From: Podarcis pityusensis
Lineage: Eukaryota
NCBI GenBank assembly: GCA_964106645.2
Contig: OZ067038.1
Length of the DNA: 64,000 nt
Reading direction: 5' to 3' (one strand)
Shown here: positions 50,806 through 64,000 of the stretch, one piece after another
Numbering within the stretch: position 1 is the first letter of the stretch
How the letters are laid out: the number at the start of each line of letters is the position of its first letter
Translations under genes and position numbers: made by a program
Notes under the pieces: generated by a model
Seen by the model: the letters and a program-made list of their open reading frames with translations, nothing else
Databases searched by the model: none
What the model was told of the DNA's origin: nothing

Positions 50806-52617
50806 TTTTTTTTTTTATAAGATATTTATTAGGATTTTTTTTAAATATTACAATAAAAAATGAAAAAGAAAAAAAATACAAAATAAAAATGATTAAAAAC
50901 ACTCAAATTTTCCATTGCTTATTTTTCCTTAGCTTGTTTCCCGGACCTCCTCATACCTCCCATTTTTGTATTCCAGTTCAGTTTGTTGGTTCAGCAAATC
51001 CTTACCCTCTTTATTTATCCTAATCTTTGGTCTTAAAATAGTAACGTTAGATTTTGACCTCTTAACAACCCCTTTTTCATATTCCCTTAAAGCATTACAG
51101 CTAGAAACCACTTAATTTCTATCCAACATCCTTCTAACATTCATTAATTTTACAATATTTCTGTAGATAATCTTTGAACTTCTTCCAATCTTCTTCCACC
51201 GACTCTTCTCCCCGGTCTCGGATTCTGCCAGTCATTTCTGCCAGTTCCATATAGTCCATCAGCTTCATCTGCCATTCTTCCAGAGTGGGTAAATCTTGTG
51301 TCTTCCAATACTTTGCAATGAGTATTCTTGCTGCTGTTGTGGCATACATAAAAAAGGTTCTATCCTTCTTTGACACCAATTGACCGACTATGCCCAGGAG
51401 AAAGGCCTCTGGCTTCTTCAAGAAGGTATATTTAAATACCTTTTTCAGTTCATTATATATCATTTCCCAGAAAGCCTTAATCCTTGGGCACGTCCACCAA
51501 AGGTGAAAGAACGTACCTTCAGTTTCTTTACATTTCCAACATTTATTATCGGGCAAATGATAGATTTTTGCAAGCTTGACTGGGGTCATGTACCACCTGT
51601 ATATCATTTTCATAATATTCTCTCTTAAGGCATTGCATGCCGTAAACTTCATACCTGTGGTCCATAACTGTTCCCAGTCAGCCATCATTATGTTATGTCC
51701 AACATCTTGTGCCCATTTAATCATAGCAGATTTCACCGTTTCATCCTGAGTATTCCATTTCAACAGCAAGTTATACATCTTTGACAAAATCTTAGTTTTG
51801 GGTTCTAATAGTTCTGTTTCTAATTTTGATTTTTCCACCTGGAAACCAATTTTCTTATCCAGATTATATGCCTCCATTATCTGATAATAATGAAGCCAGT
51901 CTCGCACTTTGTTTTTTAATTTCTCAAAACTCTGCAATTTCAGTCTATCTCCATCTTGTTCCAAAATTTCCCAATATTTCGGCCATTTGGCCTCCATATT
52001 GAGCTTTTTCAGAGCTTTTGCTTCCATCGGTGACAGCCACCTTGGAGTTTTATTTTCCAATAAGTCCTTGTATCTTATCCAGACATTAAACAATGCTTTC
52101 CTGACGATGTGATTTTTAAATGCTTTATGTGCTTTGACCTTATCATACTACAGATATGCATGCCATCCAAATACATTGTTAAAACCTTCTAAATCCAAAA
52201 TGTCAATGTTTTCAAGAAGCAACCATTCTTTCAACCAGTAAAAAGCTGCTGATTCATAGTAAAGTTTAAAGTCTGGCAGGGCAAATCCACTTCTTTCCTT
52301 TGCATCTGTTAATATTTTAAATTTTATTCTAGGCTTCTTGCCCTGCCAGACAAATTTAGAAATATCTCTCTGCCACCTCTTGAAACAGTCCATTTTGTCC
52401 ACAATTTGCAATGTTTGAAACAAAAACAACATTCTAGGCAATACATTCATTTTTACCGCAGCAATATAGCCCAGCAGTGAAAGCTTCAAATTTGACCAAA
52501 TTTCTAAATCTTTTTTCACTTCAGCCCAGCATTTTTCATAGTTATCTTTAAATAAATTCCCATTTTTTGCTGTCATGTTAATCCCCAAGTATTTAACTTT
52601 CTGAACCACTGTTAAAC
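50806..52617 (-). mobile_element. 5'-truncated L1-clade LINE (ORF2 C-terminus plus 3'UTR)
   Basis: 18-bp TSD CTCTGGCAGTGTGTTTGT (50788-50805, 52618-52635); KVKYLGI, KMNVLPRMLFLFQ, Cys-rich motif; TGG>TAG stop at 52148-52150; poly(A). Confidence 0.93.
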
Positions 52618-52949
52618 CTCTGGCAGTGTGTTTGTATAACCCTCAGCCCATGACAGTTTCGAGTGTCTACTGAGGCAGCAGAGGAACTTTGATGAACTAC
52701 AAAATCTAAGATGAAGTTTGCCTTTTTGACAGAAACATTGGGCCCTTGAGAAAGGCAATACCTCTGGACCTTTAAGACATGCACCATTCCACTGCCAGTT
52801 AGAGAAGGGCTCAACTAGCACAGAAGACATCTCTCCAACCTTTCTGAACAAAATTGCTCAAGACAGCATTAAGGACTATTAAGAGGGCAACAGGACCCAA
52901 AAAAAGGAAGATTTTGTATAAAGAGTGGGGTAGATAATTGGGGAGGAGT

Positions 52950-53088
52950 CAGGCATGGAGAACTTGTGGTGCTCTAGCTGTGGTTAGACTCCACTTTCCA
53001 TCAGCCCCATCAATGTGGACAATGCTCAGGAATGATAGAAGTTGTCATTGAGCAACATCTGGAGGACCACAGGTCTCCCATCCCTCCT
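52950..53088. repeat. Short palindromic MITE-like repeat; relatives at 8910-9035, 24975-25080, 39465-39570
   Basis: Shared GACTmCAAyTyCyATCA...ATGATrGrAGT..CAACATCTGGAGG pattern. Confidence 0.6.
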
Positions 53089-53403
53089 TTAAACATTATC
53101 AGCAACCACAATGGCAGAGGGTGCAGCACAAACAGACCTCCTATATCCAAGTTCATATGAACATACAAATGCTGCCTACCGGTAATTAAAAACAAACACT
53201 GGGTTATGTCCAGAGAATCTCCAGGGGAGTTAGCCTTACGCAAGGGTACTTTCCCAATGCCACCTTCACGCTTCAGCCCCCATCACCTTCAAAGCCTGAA
53301 TAAAACAAACTCTTGAAGGTGCTCTCCAGAATGTCATGGAATGGGACATGGGAGGCTGCAACAGGAGAAGAGAATCAACAGAAGTGAGAAGTGTGTTAGA
53401 TAA

Positions 53404-55165
53404 AGTAAAATACCTAGGGGTAAACATAACAGTAAAAAATCTAAGTCTATTTAAGGATAATTATGAAAAATGTTGGACAGAAATTAAGAGAGACTTAGAT
53501 AGTTGGTCAAAATTGAAACTTTCTTTGTTAGGCCGAATTGCTGCTATCAAGATGAACGTATTGCCAAGGATGTTGTTTTTATTTCAAACACTTCAGGTTT
53601 TGGACAAAACGGAGTGCTTTCAGAAGTGGCAGAGAGACATTTCTAAGTTTGTCTGGCAGGGCAAAAAGCCCAGAATTAAGTTTAAGATATTAACCGATGC
53701 AAAACAAAGAGGGGGCTTTGCCCTGCCAGACTTAAAGTTGTATTATGAAGCCGCAGCGTTCTGCTGGCTAAAAGACTGGCTACTTCTTGAAGACACTGAT
53801 GTGTTGGATTTGGAAGGGTTTAACAACGCTTTTGGATGGCATGCATATTTATGGTATGACAAGGTTAAAGCAAATAAGGCCTTTAAGAACCATATTGTCA
53901 GAAAATCACTGTTTAATGTCTGGACAAAATATAAAGACTTGCTGGAAAATAAAACACCAAGGTGGCTTTCACCTCTGGAAGCTAAGGCCCGAAAAAGACC
54001 CAATATGGAGGCTAAATGGCCAAAATATTGGGAAATACTAGAAAAGGATGGAGACAATTGGAAATTGCAGAGTTTGGAGAAAATGAAAGACAAAGTGCGA
54101 GATTGGTTACATTACGCTCAGATTAAAGAAGTTTTTAAAAATGATAAGAAACTAGGGTTCCAGGTGGAGAAATCGAAACTAGAAACAGAATTGTTAGAAC
54201 CAAAGATTAAGGTATTTTCAAGGATGTATAACTTGCTGTTGAAATGGAATACACAAGATGAAACGGTTAAATCGGCTATGATAAGGTGGGCACAGGACAT
54301 TGGGCATAATATCATGTTTGAGGACTGGGAGAGGTTGTGGAGTAATGGATTGAAATTTACTGCATGTAACGCTCTGAAAGAAAATGTAATGAAAATGATT
54401 TATAGATGGTATATGACCCCAGTCAAACTTGCCAAAATTTACCACCTGTCTGATAATAAGTGTTGGAAATGCAAAGAGTGTGAGGGAACGTTCTTCCACC
54501 TCTGGTGGACTTGCCCTAAAGTGAAGGCGTTCTGGGAAATGATTTATAATGAATTGAAAAAGGTATTTAAATATACCTTCACTAAGAAACCAGAGGCTTT
54601 CCTTTTGGGTATTGTCGGCCAAGGGGTGGCAAAGAAGGACCAGACATTTTTTATGTATGCAACAACAGCAGCAAGGATACTTCTCGCAAAACACTGGAAA
54701 ACTCAAGATCTACCCACACTGGAAGAATGGCAGATGCAACTGATAGACTACATGGAACTGGCTGAAATGACCGGCAGAATTCGTGACCTGGGAGAAGAGA
54801 GGATTGAGGAGGATTGGAAGAAATTTAAGAACTATTTACAAAAGCATTGTAATTTGAGTGAATGCTAAATAAGATGCTAGACTAAAACAACTGAGCACCA
54901 CTAAATTTAGAAGTTTTTAAGAAAATAAGTAAGACTGTGAAAATTTAGCTCCTTCTGAGAATTATAAGATTATGAAATATAGAAGGGATATAAGAATTTA
55001 AATAAGATGATAAATTGCTGACAAAATGTTATAACGATGAAAGTGGGAGCGGGAGATGTGAGGAAGTCCAAAGAAAATGTGAAACTATGTTAAGACAAAT
55101 GTTATATTGTTTATTATGTTTACTCTTATTGTAAAACCCAATAAATTGCTTTAAAAAAAAAAAGA
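53404..55165 (+). mobile_element. 5'-truncated L1-clade LINE, uninterrupted ORF2 C-terminal frame
   Basis: 18-bp TSD GAGAAGTGTGTTAGATAA (53386-53403, 55166-55183); open frame to 54868; AATAAA 55140-55145 and poly(A). Confidence 0.93.
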
Positions 55166-55394
55166 GAGAAGTGTGTTAGATAACTTGGGATCAAACATAT
55201 TAATTAAAACTAGGATTAATTTATTTTAGATCTTTTGTTGAGGGCTGCAAGTAGAGGCCCATCATAGTACCAACCCAACTCATTATGCTGCCCCAATTTT
55301 CCAGTAACTATTCCAGCAAATGGTTTTAAATTTGGAAAGGCAGCATACAAATAACATGACTGACTGATTGATGGGATTTCCAGCAGCTAGAAAT

Positions 55395-55532
55395 CACAAA
55401 TGGGAAGAGTGCTATTGTGTTCAGGTCCTGCTTGTGGATTTCCTAAAGGCACCTGGCTGGTCACTGTGTGAACAGAATGTCAAGCCAGATGGGCCTATGC
55501 ATGGCCTGATGCAACAGACTTCTTCTTATGTT
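55395..55532 (+). repeat. Retroposon 3'-end repeat (CR1-like tail); related copies at 502-573 and, reversed, flanking 57909-58150
   Basis: Shared GGCCACTG..ACAGGATGCTGGACTAGATGGGCC..GCCTGATCCAGCAGGCTCTTCTTA pattern. Confidence 0.65.
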
Positions 55533-56710
55533 GTGATGTGACACAGTCACATCCAGGATACGCTACAATGTTTTGTTAAGGGAGTATAACTTGTTAGTTG
55601 AATTATCCAATTTAACTAATGGAGGGGGGAATCCCCTTTTCTTCCTAAGAAACGCATACAAACAAAATCCAGAAAACCTTTTGCAGAGCTGCAGAGCTGT
55701 TAGGAACCCCACAAGCTAGATGGAACAGGAGTAAATGTCCTGAAGCTGGAAATATTGCTCAACTCTAGCTAATTCTAATTCAAATGGTCTTCACCAGTGG
55801 TCCTAAAAATAAAAGCCAATGTGAAACCTGCTAATGGATGCTGGTCATACAACCAGGTTTCTTTCTTTCTCTTCTGCTTTTAGTGAAACAGATATTTACA
55901 GTCAGTTCTGGAGAAATGTTCCCTTGGTCTGCCACTGTAATAAAACAGTTTATCTGGGAGTTTTCCACAACCACTTTGACTTTACAATACAATTTTTTCA
56001 ATATTTGCTGATGGGTTGTATTTTTTATTTCAGGTCAACACCTTCTGATATATGTTCGGTGTCGTACAAACAGGGAGGGGGGAAATGACAGATATTTATA
56101 GTTAGCATGGGAAGAGAGTATTCCCTTGCAATATATATAGAAAACATAAGCGGTATATTTGGGATCCAGACACAAACACACCACCTCAACCTTATGTTCC
56201 AAATTTTCCGTTTATGTTGCTGGGAAATGAAAGTCAATCTGATGGGAAAAGCTTGGGTGGCAGGTGGGGGAAGTATTATAAAATCTCACTACTGGGCAAG
56301 TAAATATAATTGTTTGTCCTTCCATGGACCTGTTTTCTTCACTGGTTTTCAATTGGTGGATTGGGGACTCAAAAATAGGCAGTGTCCCAAATTTAGGTGA
56401 GTCAAAGCAGTAGATTCAATGGCATTTACATTTCTTTCGATTTTGTTTGAAGGAGTGGGGTAGGCACACAGACCCAAAACAAAGGAAGACAGAGCTAGTT
56501 TACTTTTCATACTTGTATAGAAAGGGGAATTTTGTCTGGTCTATCTTGTCATGTAAGATTGGAAAGATGCAGCCTTCTACACAAATGCATCTTGTCTCGC
56601 TACAGAGAAAAACAGAAAGATGACCATATGGCAAAACATTACAAACATGCCCTTGGGTTGCTGTTGATGTCATCAATCAATAAACAACTGATTTGGGAGT
56701 GAGTTCCAGT

Positions 56711-57126
56711 TAAGGATGGGGCAGAAATTTGATTTTGTTTGCATTTTAATGGAAATTTACCTAATTCACACTTTCCAAACCAATACACAAACCAAAACAT
56801 AGCTATCCTTTGAAATTCACACATCTTCACATTTTGTGCTACAGTTCTCTAATCAGCCAAAGCGTGCAAAAATTCACATGTTAGGGGGAAATATGTATTA
56901 AAACGAATATATTCATGTGGGAGGGGAATACAAAAGTGCAAAATATTAGGGGAAAACTGCAAAAATGCTTCTATTAGTTAAAACTGCATTAAAAATTGTG
57001 TTTACTGGGAGAAATTTGCACTGAGATGCGAATGAATTTTCATGAGGAGCTTTAAAAAAAATGCTGAAGAAATATAGAGATCTGAATTTAAGACTGGAAA
57101 ATAGGGAAAGCCAAATCTACAGTCCC
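56711..57126. repeat. Interspersed repeat; end fragments also at ~261-370 and ~37593-37670
   Basis: Reverse complement of its right end (TTTTCCAGTCTTAAATTCA) matches both shorter copies, which begin TAGGGAT(A/G)GGT. Confidence 0.55.
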
Positions 57127-57908
57127 AGAAAACTCAGTGTCACTAACTTCTGAATACAATATACATTGTACTGGATGTGTATCTCGGTGACTCCAGAAAA
57201 AAAGACTGCAGCTTGTTGACAGACAAAACAGTAGACAGAATGTGAAAAAGAAACCTGCAGGATTTGTCACCTGCAGCAACCCCCAGTGCTAACTGAAGTT
57301 TTCTTTTGGCAGAAATATAATTTTAATTGGATTAGACATTATAGGCATATATAACAAGGCAAGCTGAAGAGCACTGAGACACAACAGAAAGGTACAATTC
57401 AGGAAGTGGCTTGTAACTCCCTTGGGTCTGTTGGAAGAAAGTGGATTTACATTTCAGGACATTCAAGTTAAGATGCTATGAACTGGCAGCCAGAGACTGT
57501 AGACAATCAACTGAGCTCATTGTCAGTTCAGAAAGAAAGAGATGAATGAGAAGATATGAAAAAGAGAAATGTGCTTGGAAAACTAGCAAAAAAAAAAAGG
57601 TAGTAATAATGGTCAACAGGGTCTAAAATGTTGCAAAAATAGAAAGATGAACTGCACCACACTTGAATATGAGAATATTAATATTTCCTCTTTAACTTGG
57701 ACTGCCAAAAGCATTGCAATGGAATTGGATATCAGTTTTAAAAGATCTATGTAGGAACTAGGAGGAACCTCACATGACACAGGAAATAACACTGACATAA
57801 TTAACTCTTCATCTGTAATATTGGATGAAATATGGAATTACTACCTTGCAAGTCAATAAGGTTTATCACACCAATGTATGAATTAGAAGAGCCCTCCTGG
57901 ATCCAGTA

Positions 57909-58150
57909 CAGTGGTACCTCGGGTTAAGTACTTAATTTGTTCCGGAGGTCCATTCTTAACCTGAAACTGTTCTTAACCTGAAGCACCACTTTAGCTAATG
58001 GGGCCTCCCGCTGCCGCCATGCCACCAAAGCACAATTTATGTTCTCATCCTGAAGCAAATTTCTTAACCCGAGGTACTATTTCTGGGTTAGCAGAGTCTG
58101 TAACCTGAAGCGTCTGTAACCTGAAGCGTATGTAACCCGAGGTACCACTG
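57909..58150 (+). mobile_element. Tc1/mariner(pogo)-type MITE, full length
   Basis: 18-bp TIR CAGTGGTACCTCGGGTTA/TAACCCGAGGTACCACTG; TA duplication on both sides. Confidence 0.92.
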
Positions 58151-60899
58151 TACCATGTTTCCTACAGCCAGATGCCTTCAGGTGCCCCACAAGAAAAGGA
58201 AGAGTGAAATCATTTTCTCCTGTTTTCTGCCCCCCTGCCCCTCCCCCCCTACAAAATGCTGTCTCTGAGTCTGGATGTAACTTATTGTAATCATAATTCA
58301 TTGCCACTTGTGGTCTTATCCTCCACGAATTTGTGCAAGCCTAATCATACGTCTTATTGAATTCAATGGGGCTTGCTCCCAGGTAAATTGAGTTAGGAAT
58401 GCAGCCTAATAGTGGCATCACCAGGAATAGACAATGTAGTGGAACAGTGACACACACCAAGGGTGTCATAACAGCAGTGCCACCACTGCTTATCGTGATG
58501 GTGCAGAATAAGGGCTATGTGATGCTGAGGTTGTGGTAGTAATGTGGACACACAGGCAAGAGCACTGGATTGCCTCTACCAGTGTCCCCCATCCATTCCT
58601 GACCACACCACCATTCTTCCCTGTCCCTGCACAGTGTTGATAAGTGGCGCAATGCCACTGCTGGGAAGGTGGTGCCATGGTACTGCCCTACCATATTGGC
58701 TGCTCCTGGGCATTATCTCTGTGGAAAGGTACTTCCTTTCTTCTGTTCTGAATCTTTACATAATTCATATTTAATAGATTATACCAAGTTCCCAGCATGC
58801 ATAAATTTATGCACATCTACCACCACCACCCCACTATGCAGCTTTTTCTAAACTAAAAGTCCTCCAAGGACATATTTTTTTCCAGTTACTCCCTGTATAA
58901 GTGCAAAGAACACTACAAAAGCACCACACAAATGTAAGCATTACTGTATTGCTATTTTATTTGCTAACATGGGTGGATTTGTAATCATGTGCCTCCTGCA
59001 AGCATCTCATCTTGCTAGTACTCTAGCAATATAAACCTATGCAAACACTTGACACCCAAGGAAAGTGTGATTCAACCAAACTTGTGGGTTTATTTACCCC
59101 AATGGCTGCAGAGTTTTCACTTACATTAACACTGGCTGTTGCTTCAGATTTGTAGGTTTGCCAGCAACACACAAATGTACACCAGCCCCCTTAACATATT
59201 GGTGTTTGATGGTGCAAAGTTGTCAGTCAACATCAAGGCTGGCTTACCAGTGCCATATTGTTATAGCTCTTCTGCATCCTGGCTACAAACCAGACTTACT
59301 AACGTGAGCATTTCAACAAACATGATTCAGCAAACTAGGTGGCTAAAATACCACTCAAAACAACTGAAGACTGCTTAGGTAGGTTTGCAAAAGCTCTCTG
59401 TTTCAGTGACCAAGATAAATTACACCACAGAAGCTCATTTTCTAAGTGTTCAAGCTGTCTTCCTTGCCCTCCTACTAGTATTCAAAAAGCAGAATGAAAA
59501 ACCTTAAGTCAAAGCCACAGCAAACACTTCCCCACCCCAAATTGAAACCATCTCTAGCTTTAAAACCCAAATGCCCAATTAAATGCAAGTGGAATGTAAT
59601 TATTAGCATTCCTAAAGCAAAATAAAACCAAAACAACAAGAATATGTTAATTCAGCAACCTTAACGAAGAATCTATGGAAGTTCGTGGGAAGAAAAAATC
59701 CATTGTCTGTCAAAATATGGTTATTCACTGAAACAATAAATGTCAGCTAAACCACAATTCTTGTGAATAGTAATTTCCAACACAGTTCTTTGGCATTTTA
59801 ACACAAGATAGTTGGGGCTGTTTAACTGTTCAGATAGCCATGTGAGCGTTGTCAACTTAACTTTCAATGAAAAACAAAGTTTCATTTCATACAGTCAAGC
59901 TGGTCATCCTAACCTGGCTGTAATGAGACATTACAGAATTCAACAGACTTTTTTTTTACTCCTAGCATATCTTGGTTCCACAGTGAACCTGAAAAGCACC
60001 TGCAGTTTGTGCCACTTCAAAATCAAAAAGCAAATTGTCCAAGTATTACTTTTAATTCAGAGCATTCTGCTGGCTACGCAAAGAATGATAACCAACTGTG
60101 TATAAAGGACTTTCATGAGCAGAACATGACTCCCCCTTTCTCTCCTGACCCTGGAACAGCAAACAGGTACAATACCATGGTAAAGTTCTCAGTAAAGTTC
60201 TGGCCATTTTAAACCAGTATTTGGACGCCTCAGCAGCATCCTGCCACTATCAGTAACAGCTTCCAGAACTACATATATGTATGCAATTTGAGACTTTTGC
60301 AGAACTATATACCCAGTTTGCAGAATCAGCTGAAAAGCAGCTAATGTCAATAAAAAAGTACTTAACCACAGAAGAAAAATCCAGAACGACATGCTTTCAC
60401 CACCAGCAGTCAATTTATGCTCTGAGCCTAAAAGCGCCAAGCTGAAAGAGGCATGAAATCTACTTTGCATGTATTTCCTTTGAACATTATTAACGCTGAA
60501 TATATATGTCTTCCAAATCCATATACTGTGGACTTCATCCCTACCTAACCCCACCTTGGCCCAACGTCATTTTTCCAAATTAGAGTTGAAATGCATACAA
60601 GTTTGCCTTGAGGTTGTGAATACTACTTTGACAGTGTGCTTACATGTGAGTCCTATTGAGTTAAATTAGGCTTACCCACAGAAAAAAATAATGCATTGGA
60701 AATGTCTAACTAAAACTGAAAAATGCATTCAGTTCATTTGGCAACTTCTTTTTTATTTTATTGAATAGTGTGATAATGATCAGGTGGCACACAGGGTTGG
60801 TTCACAGATGCATGTTCTATTGCTTGATGGCTTCATCACTGAATAGAGCCATTGCACATCAAACAGTGTCCCCCATCATATATTTGAGCAGCTAAGTGT

Positions 60900-61125
60900 A
60901 GAACCTGAAATTTGTCCCTGCTGAAATTCATTTTGTTCTGGCCCAGTTCTCCAATCTGTTAAGGCCATCTTGAATTCCGGTTCTGCAATAGCTACTCTTC
61001 CAGTTTAGTGTCATCTGCAATTTTTATGAACATCCCCTCAATTCCTTCATCCACATCATTTATAAAGTCGTTGAACAACAATGGGTCCTGGACAGAACCC
61101 AACAGCACCTCACTTGTCGCTTTTT
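60900..61125 (-). mobile_element. CR1 reverse transcriptase fragment
   Basis: Translates to GSVQDPLLFNDFINDVDEGIEGMFIKIADDTKL, a CR1 FADDTKL-type motif. Confidence 0.8.
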
Positions 61126-62129
61126 CCAATTACTGCTGGGAATATTCCCTGCCTGAAACCGGGGAAAGTCACTGCCAGTTGATATAGACAATACTGAACT
61201 TGGTGGACCAATGATCTGACTTGATACAAGACCACTTCTTCTGCTCCTAAAAGTAGCATTTAAAAAAAAAAGTTAATAATATTTTCTGTTTCCCAAAATT
61301 TCATCAAAATTGGTCAAAATAAATGGATGTCAGCCCAGCCTTCTTGGCTCCTACCCTTCAAGTCAATGCACATTAAAGAAAATACCTAAATCAAACAAAT
61401 TCCTCTCAAACAACCTCAGAAGTTGAGAAATCTCCCTGAGTAGACTGTAGCTGTGTCTGGGAGCTTTTTTAGCTCAAAATTAAGCTACCGGTAAATGTTT
61501 TTCACATTAATCAATCAATTATAAAATGGCTATTTCTCATGCCAATATTGGCATATAGTCTGTGTCTTGGAGGTCAGAGTTTTTACAGACATGTCTATAT
61601 GCTGGTGGTTCCATTCAGAGCAAGCTGGCTCATTTCTAGCCATGTGCTCAGCAGATGGGCTGCACTTTGCTAAGCGTATTTGACACACAGCATTACAGAA
61701 CTTGCTGCATGAGGAAAAACTATCTGCAGTGCCCAGAGAAGAGAGCCCAGCTTCTATAAACAGTGACCATCCTGCATTCTCATAGGATGGCAAATTTTAG
61801 ATACATTACTCTGTAAGTATAATGACTTTAGAGAAAATCCTTCCATCCAAGCTGTGTTCCTGTCACACTTCAATCGTGCTGCTCCCTATCAGTTACGGCA
61901 TACATATCTCTCAAGGCCCCTGTTATTTATGGTAGTGTCAATAGAAAAGTGTGGGGATGTAATTTCCCCGTTGGTGGAGGGTGATGGTGGTGGCCCAGAA
62001 CAGTGCTCTGGCTGCTGCTGAATAATTCTGAATTGTTACATTGCAATTCTGTAACTTCTATAACTCAGACATAAGGCCCACTGAGTTCAATAAGACTTTG
62101 CTTCAGAGCTATGACTGCAATGTACATAG

Positions 62130-62325
62130 CAGAGCTTTCCAAACTTTTCAAGTTAGTGACACAGTTTTTGGACATGCATAATTTGCAACACAGTAATTCA
62201 GTTTTGCATAATTTCATGACACAGTAATTCAGTTTTACTACAAAACCGGAGGTTAAACTAACCCTTTCCAACCCCACTGCAGCCAACACACCAACATGTC
62301 ATGACACACAGTTTGGAAAGCTCTG
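62130..62325. mobile_element. hAT-type MITE
   Basis: Perfect 16-bp TIR CAGAGCTTTCCAAACT; TSD GTACATAG/GTGTATAG (6/8); short internal tandem duplication. Confidence 0.85.
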
Positions 62326-62408
62326 GTGTATAGGATTATAGCCTCCAGGGTGCTTTTTTCTTTCTCTCAATGCCATGAATTGTTTTTTTCCTTAATGCCT
62401 TCACCCAC

Positions 62409-62498
62409 CATAGCTGTCAACGTTTCCCATTTTTTAAGGGAAATTCCCTTATCCCGAATAGGATTCCTCGCAAGAAAAGGGAAAAGTTGACAGCTATG
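62409..62498. mobile_element. 90-bp hAT-type MITE
   Basis: Perfect 13-bp TIR CATAGCTGTCAAC; perfect 8-bp TSD TCACCCAC. Confidence 0.88.
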
Positions 62499-62802
62499 TC
62501 ACCCACCCCAACAATATACAATATTCAATTTATGTATCTACTACATATTTTCCTTAATTTCCTTAATTTAAGTTTAGGAATTTTTACAGCCAAGTGTAAG
62601 AAATTGTACAAATGATTGATTTATTTTTAAGCACACATTTCATGTATTGCTCCATTGTTGTGTGGATGTGAACCCTGATGGTTTTCCCATACTGTGAAAT
62701 CAGTCATTAAGTCCAAACTGGAGGCAGGGCGGTGTTATACCACTGCAAAATTCCTGAGTTAAAACCATGAGGTGAAGAATGAGTGCAGAAGAAATTGCAA
62801 CA

Positions 62803-62890
62803 TAATATTATATTATATTATATTATATTATATTATATTAATAATTATATTATAATTATTATTATATTAATTAAATATAATAAATATTTA
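62803..62890. repeat. (ATATT)n AT-rich microsatellite
   Basis: Direct reading. Confidence 0.9.
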
Positions 62891-63822
62891 ACCCCATCTT
62901 CAGTCGCCTAAGCCAAGCCTACAATAGATACTTTATTTAAAGTCCCCTTACGATATTGCTTCCAAAAATGAGCTAACCAAAATGGCCACATCCAAAGTTT
63001 AGGCTTTGTTTGCTTTTTTAAGGGGCAAGGGGGGACCTGGAATACTTTTTCCACCTCTGGGGCTTTCTTTTAATGGCCTTTGCAGAATAGGAAAAATATT
63101 TCCGCTTCTGCAGTCCTCAGTAAATAGCTTTCCAGTTAATTGTAGAATGTTTCCAAATAATACTGCTTTGCTCCCTGTTAACTTGGTTTCCAGCTTTACA
63201 CAATTAATTATGGAAGCATTCAGAGGCCTCCATTTTAGACCACTTAGTTAATAAGGAATGAATGTTTAATGGGTGCTCCTTTCAGACTGTTTAATTTAAT
63301 GAGAGAATTTGCAAGAAAAGGAAGTAAGGAGGATCAATTTAGCATGTAGCTACCTGCAACAGAAAAAAAGCAAGACAAGAATGTCAAGGGAAATAGCATA
63401 TGCATTCATTTATTATTCAAATGCACCACAAGTCCCATATTGAGAGCTTGGGGTGTTGTATAATCACAAGACGTACAATTTATTAGGCCAAACAGGTTTT
63501 CCATCTATCAAAAACAGAAGGGAAAACAACTTTAATTTTAATACATTCCATCAGTTAAAACTTGTAAACACTGTGTGTTCTGCAGGGGAATAAATGTAGA
63601 CTATAGTAGGCCCTGGCTGAGTAAAGCAGAAGCCAAATTAGCTTTCTCTGGGGGTGATATGGGCAATGTACCAGTAAGCCACATGTGGCACCATTCATCT
63701 CAAGGATGCAACCACATGGAGAGAAGAGAATCATACTACAAATCTGCACTCAATCAGAGAAATAGGATAGTGGTACACTTCTCTTCACAATGTGGGTGAA
63801 TGCTTGAGTCAAATGGCTCAAT

Positions 63823-63983
63823 GGTTAAGAACTTTGCTTCAGGATGAGAACAGAAATTGTACAGCGGCAGCATAGCAGCAGCAGGAGGTCCCATTAGCTA
63901 AAGTGGTGCTTCAGGTTAAGAACAGTTTCAGATAAAGAACTGACCTCCGGATTGAATTAAGTACTTAACCCGAGGTACCAGTG
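63823..63983 (-). mobile_element. Tc1/mariner(pogo)-type MITE, partial
   Basis: Reverse-orientation homolog of the left part of 57909-58150; ends in TIR plus TA. Confidence 0.85.
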
Positions 63984-64000
63984 TAAGTCCAGTATAGAAA

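Noticed and set aside
51380-54706. Antisense ORFs within the L1 copies
   Set aside because: Shadow frames of ORF2.

Overview
Vertebrate genomic DNA, most likely a lacertid lizard (inferred from Sauria-type SINE, BovB, L2, CR1, L1 and abundant hAT/Tc1-mariner MITEs). The only host coding sequence I can support is a 60-nt first coding exon on the minus strand (43852-43911, MNQTATVSHHVKCQSSKTIK, then GT donor). It matches the N-terminus of DPP10 isoform a, a Kv4 channel auxiliary subunit. On that reading 1-43851 is the start of a very long intron 1, ~43912-44250 is 5'UTR/promoter, and the rest is upstream sequence. All other recognisable long ORFs are transposon fragments. Highlights: (1) a TSD-flanked Penelope-like relic with three minimal hammerhead ribozymes, a perfect 93-bp hairpin and a 178-nt ribozyme-to-ribozyme unit; (2) a hAT MITE carrying an apparently captured CpG-rich segment; (3) a REST/RE1-like site 2 nt from the DPP10a start codon, plus two uORFs; (4) two head-to-head L1 copies truncated at almost the same codon, and a 19-nt motif shared by three divergent L1 3'UTRs. 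I see no evidence for a wholly new multi-gene system. Family assignments are from pattern recognition, not database searches.
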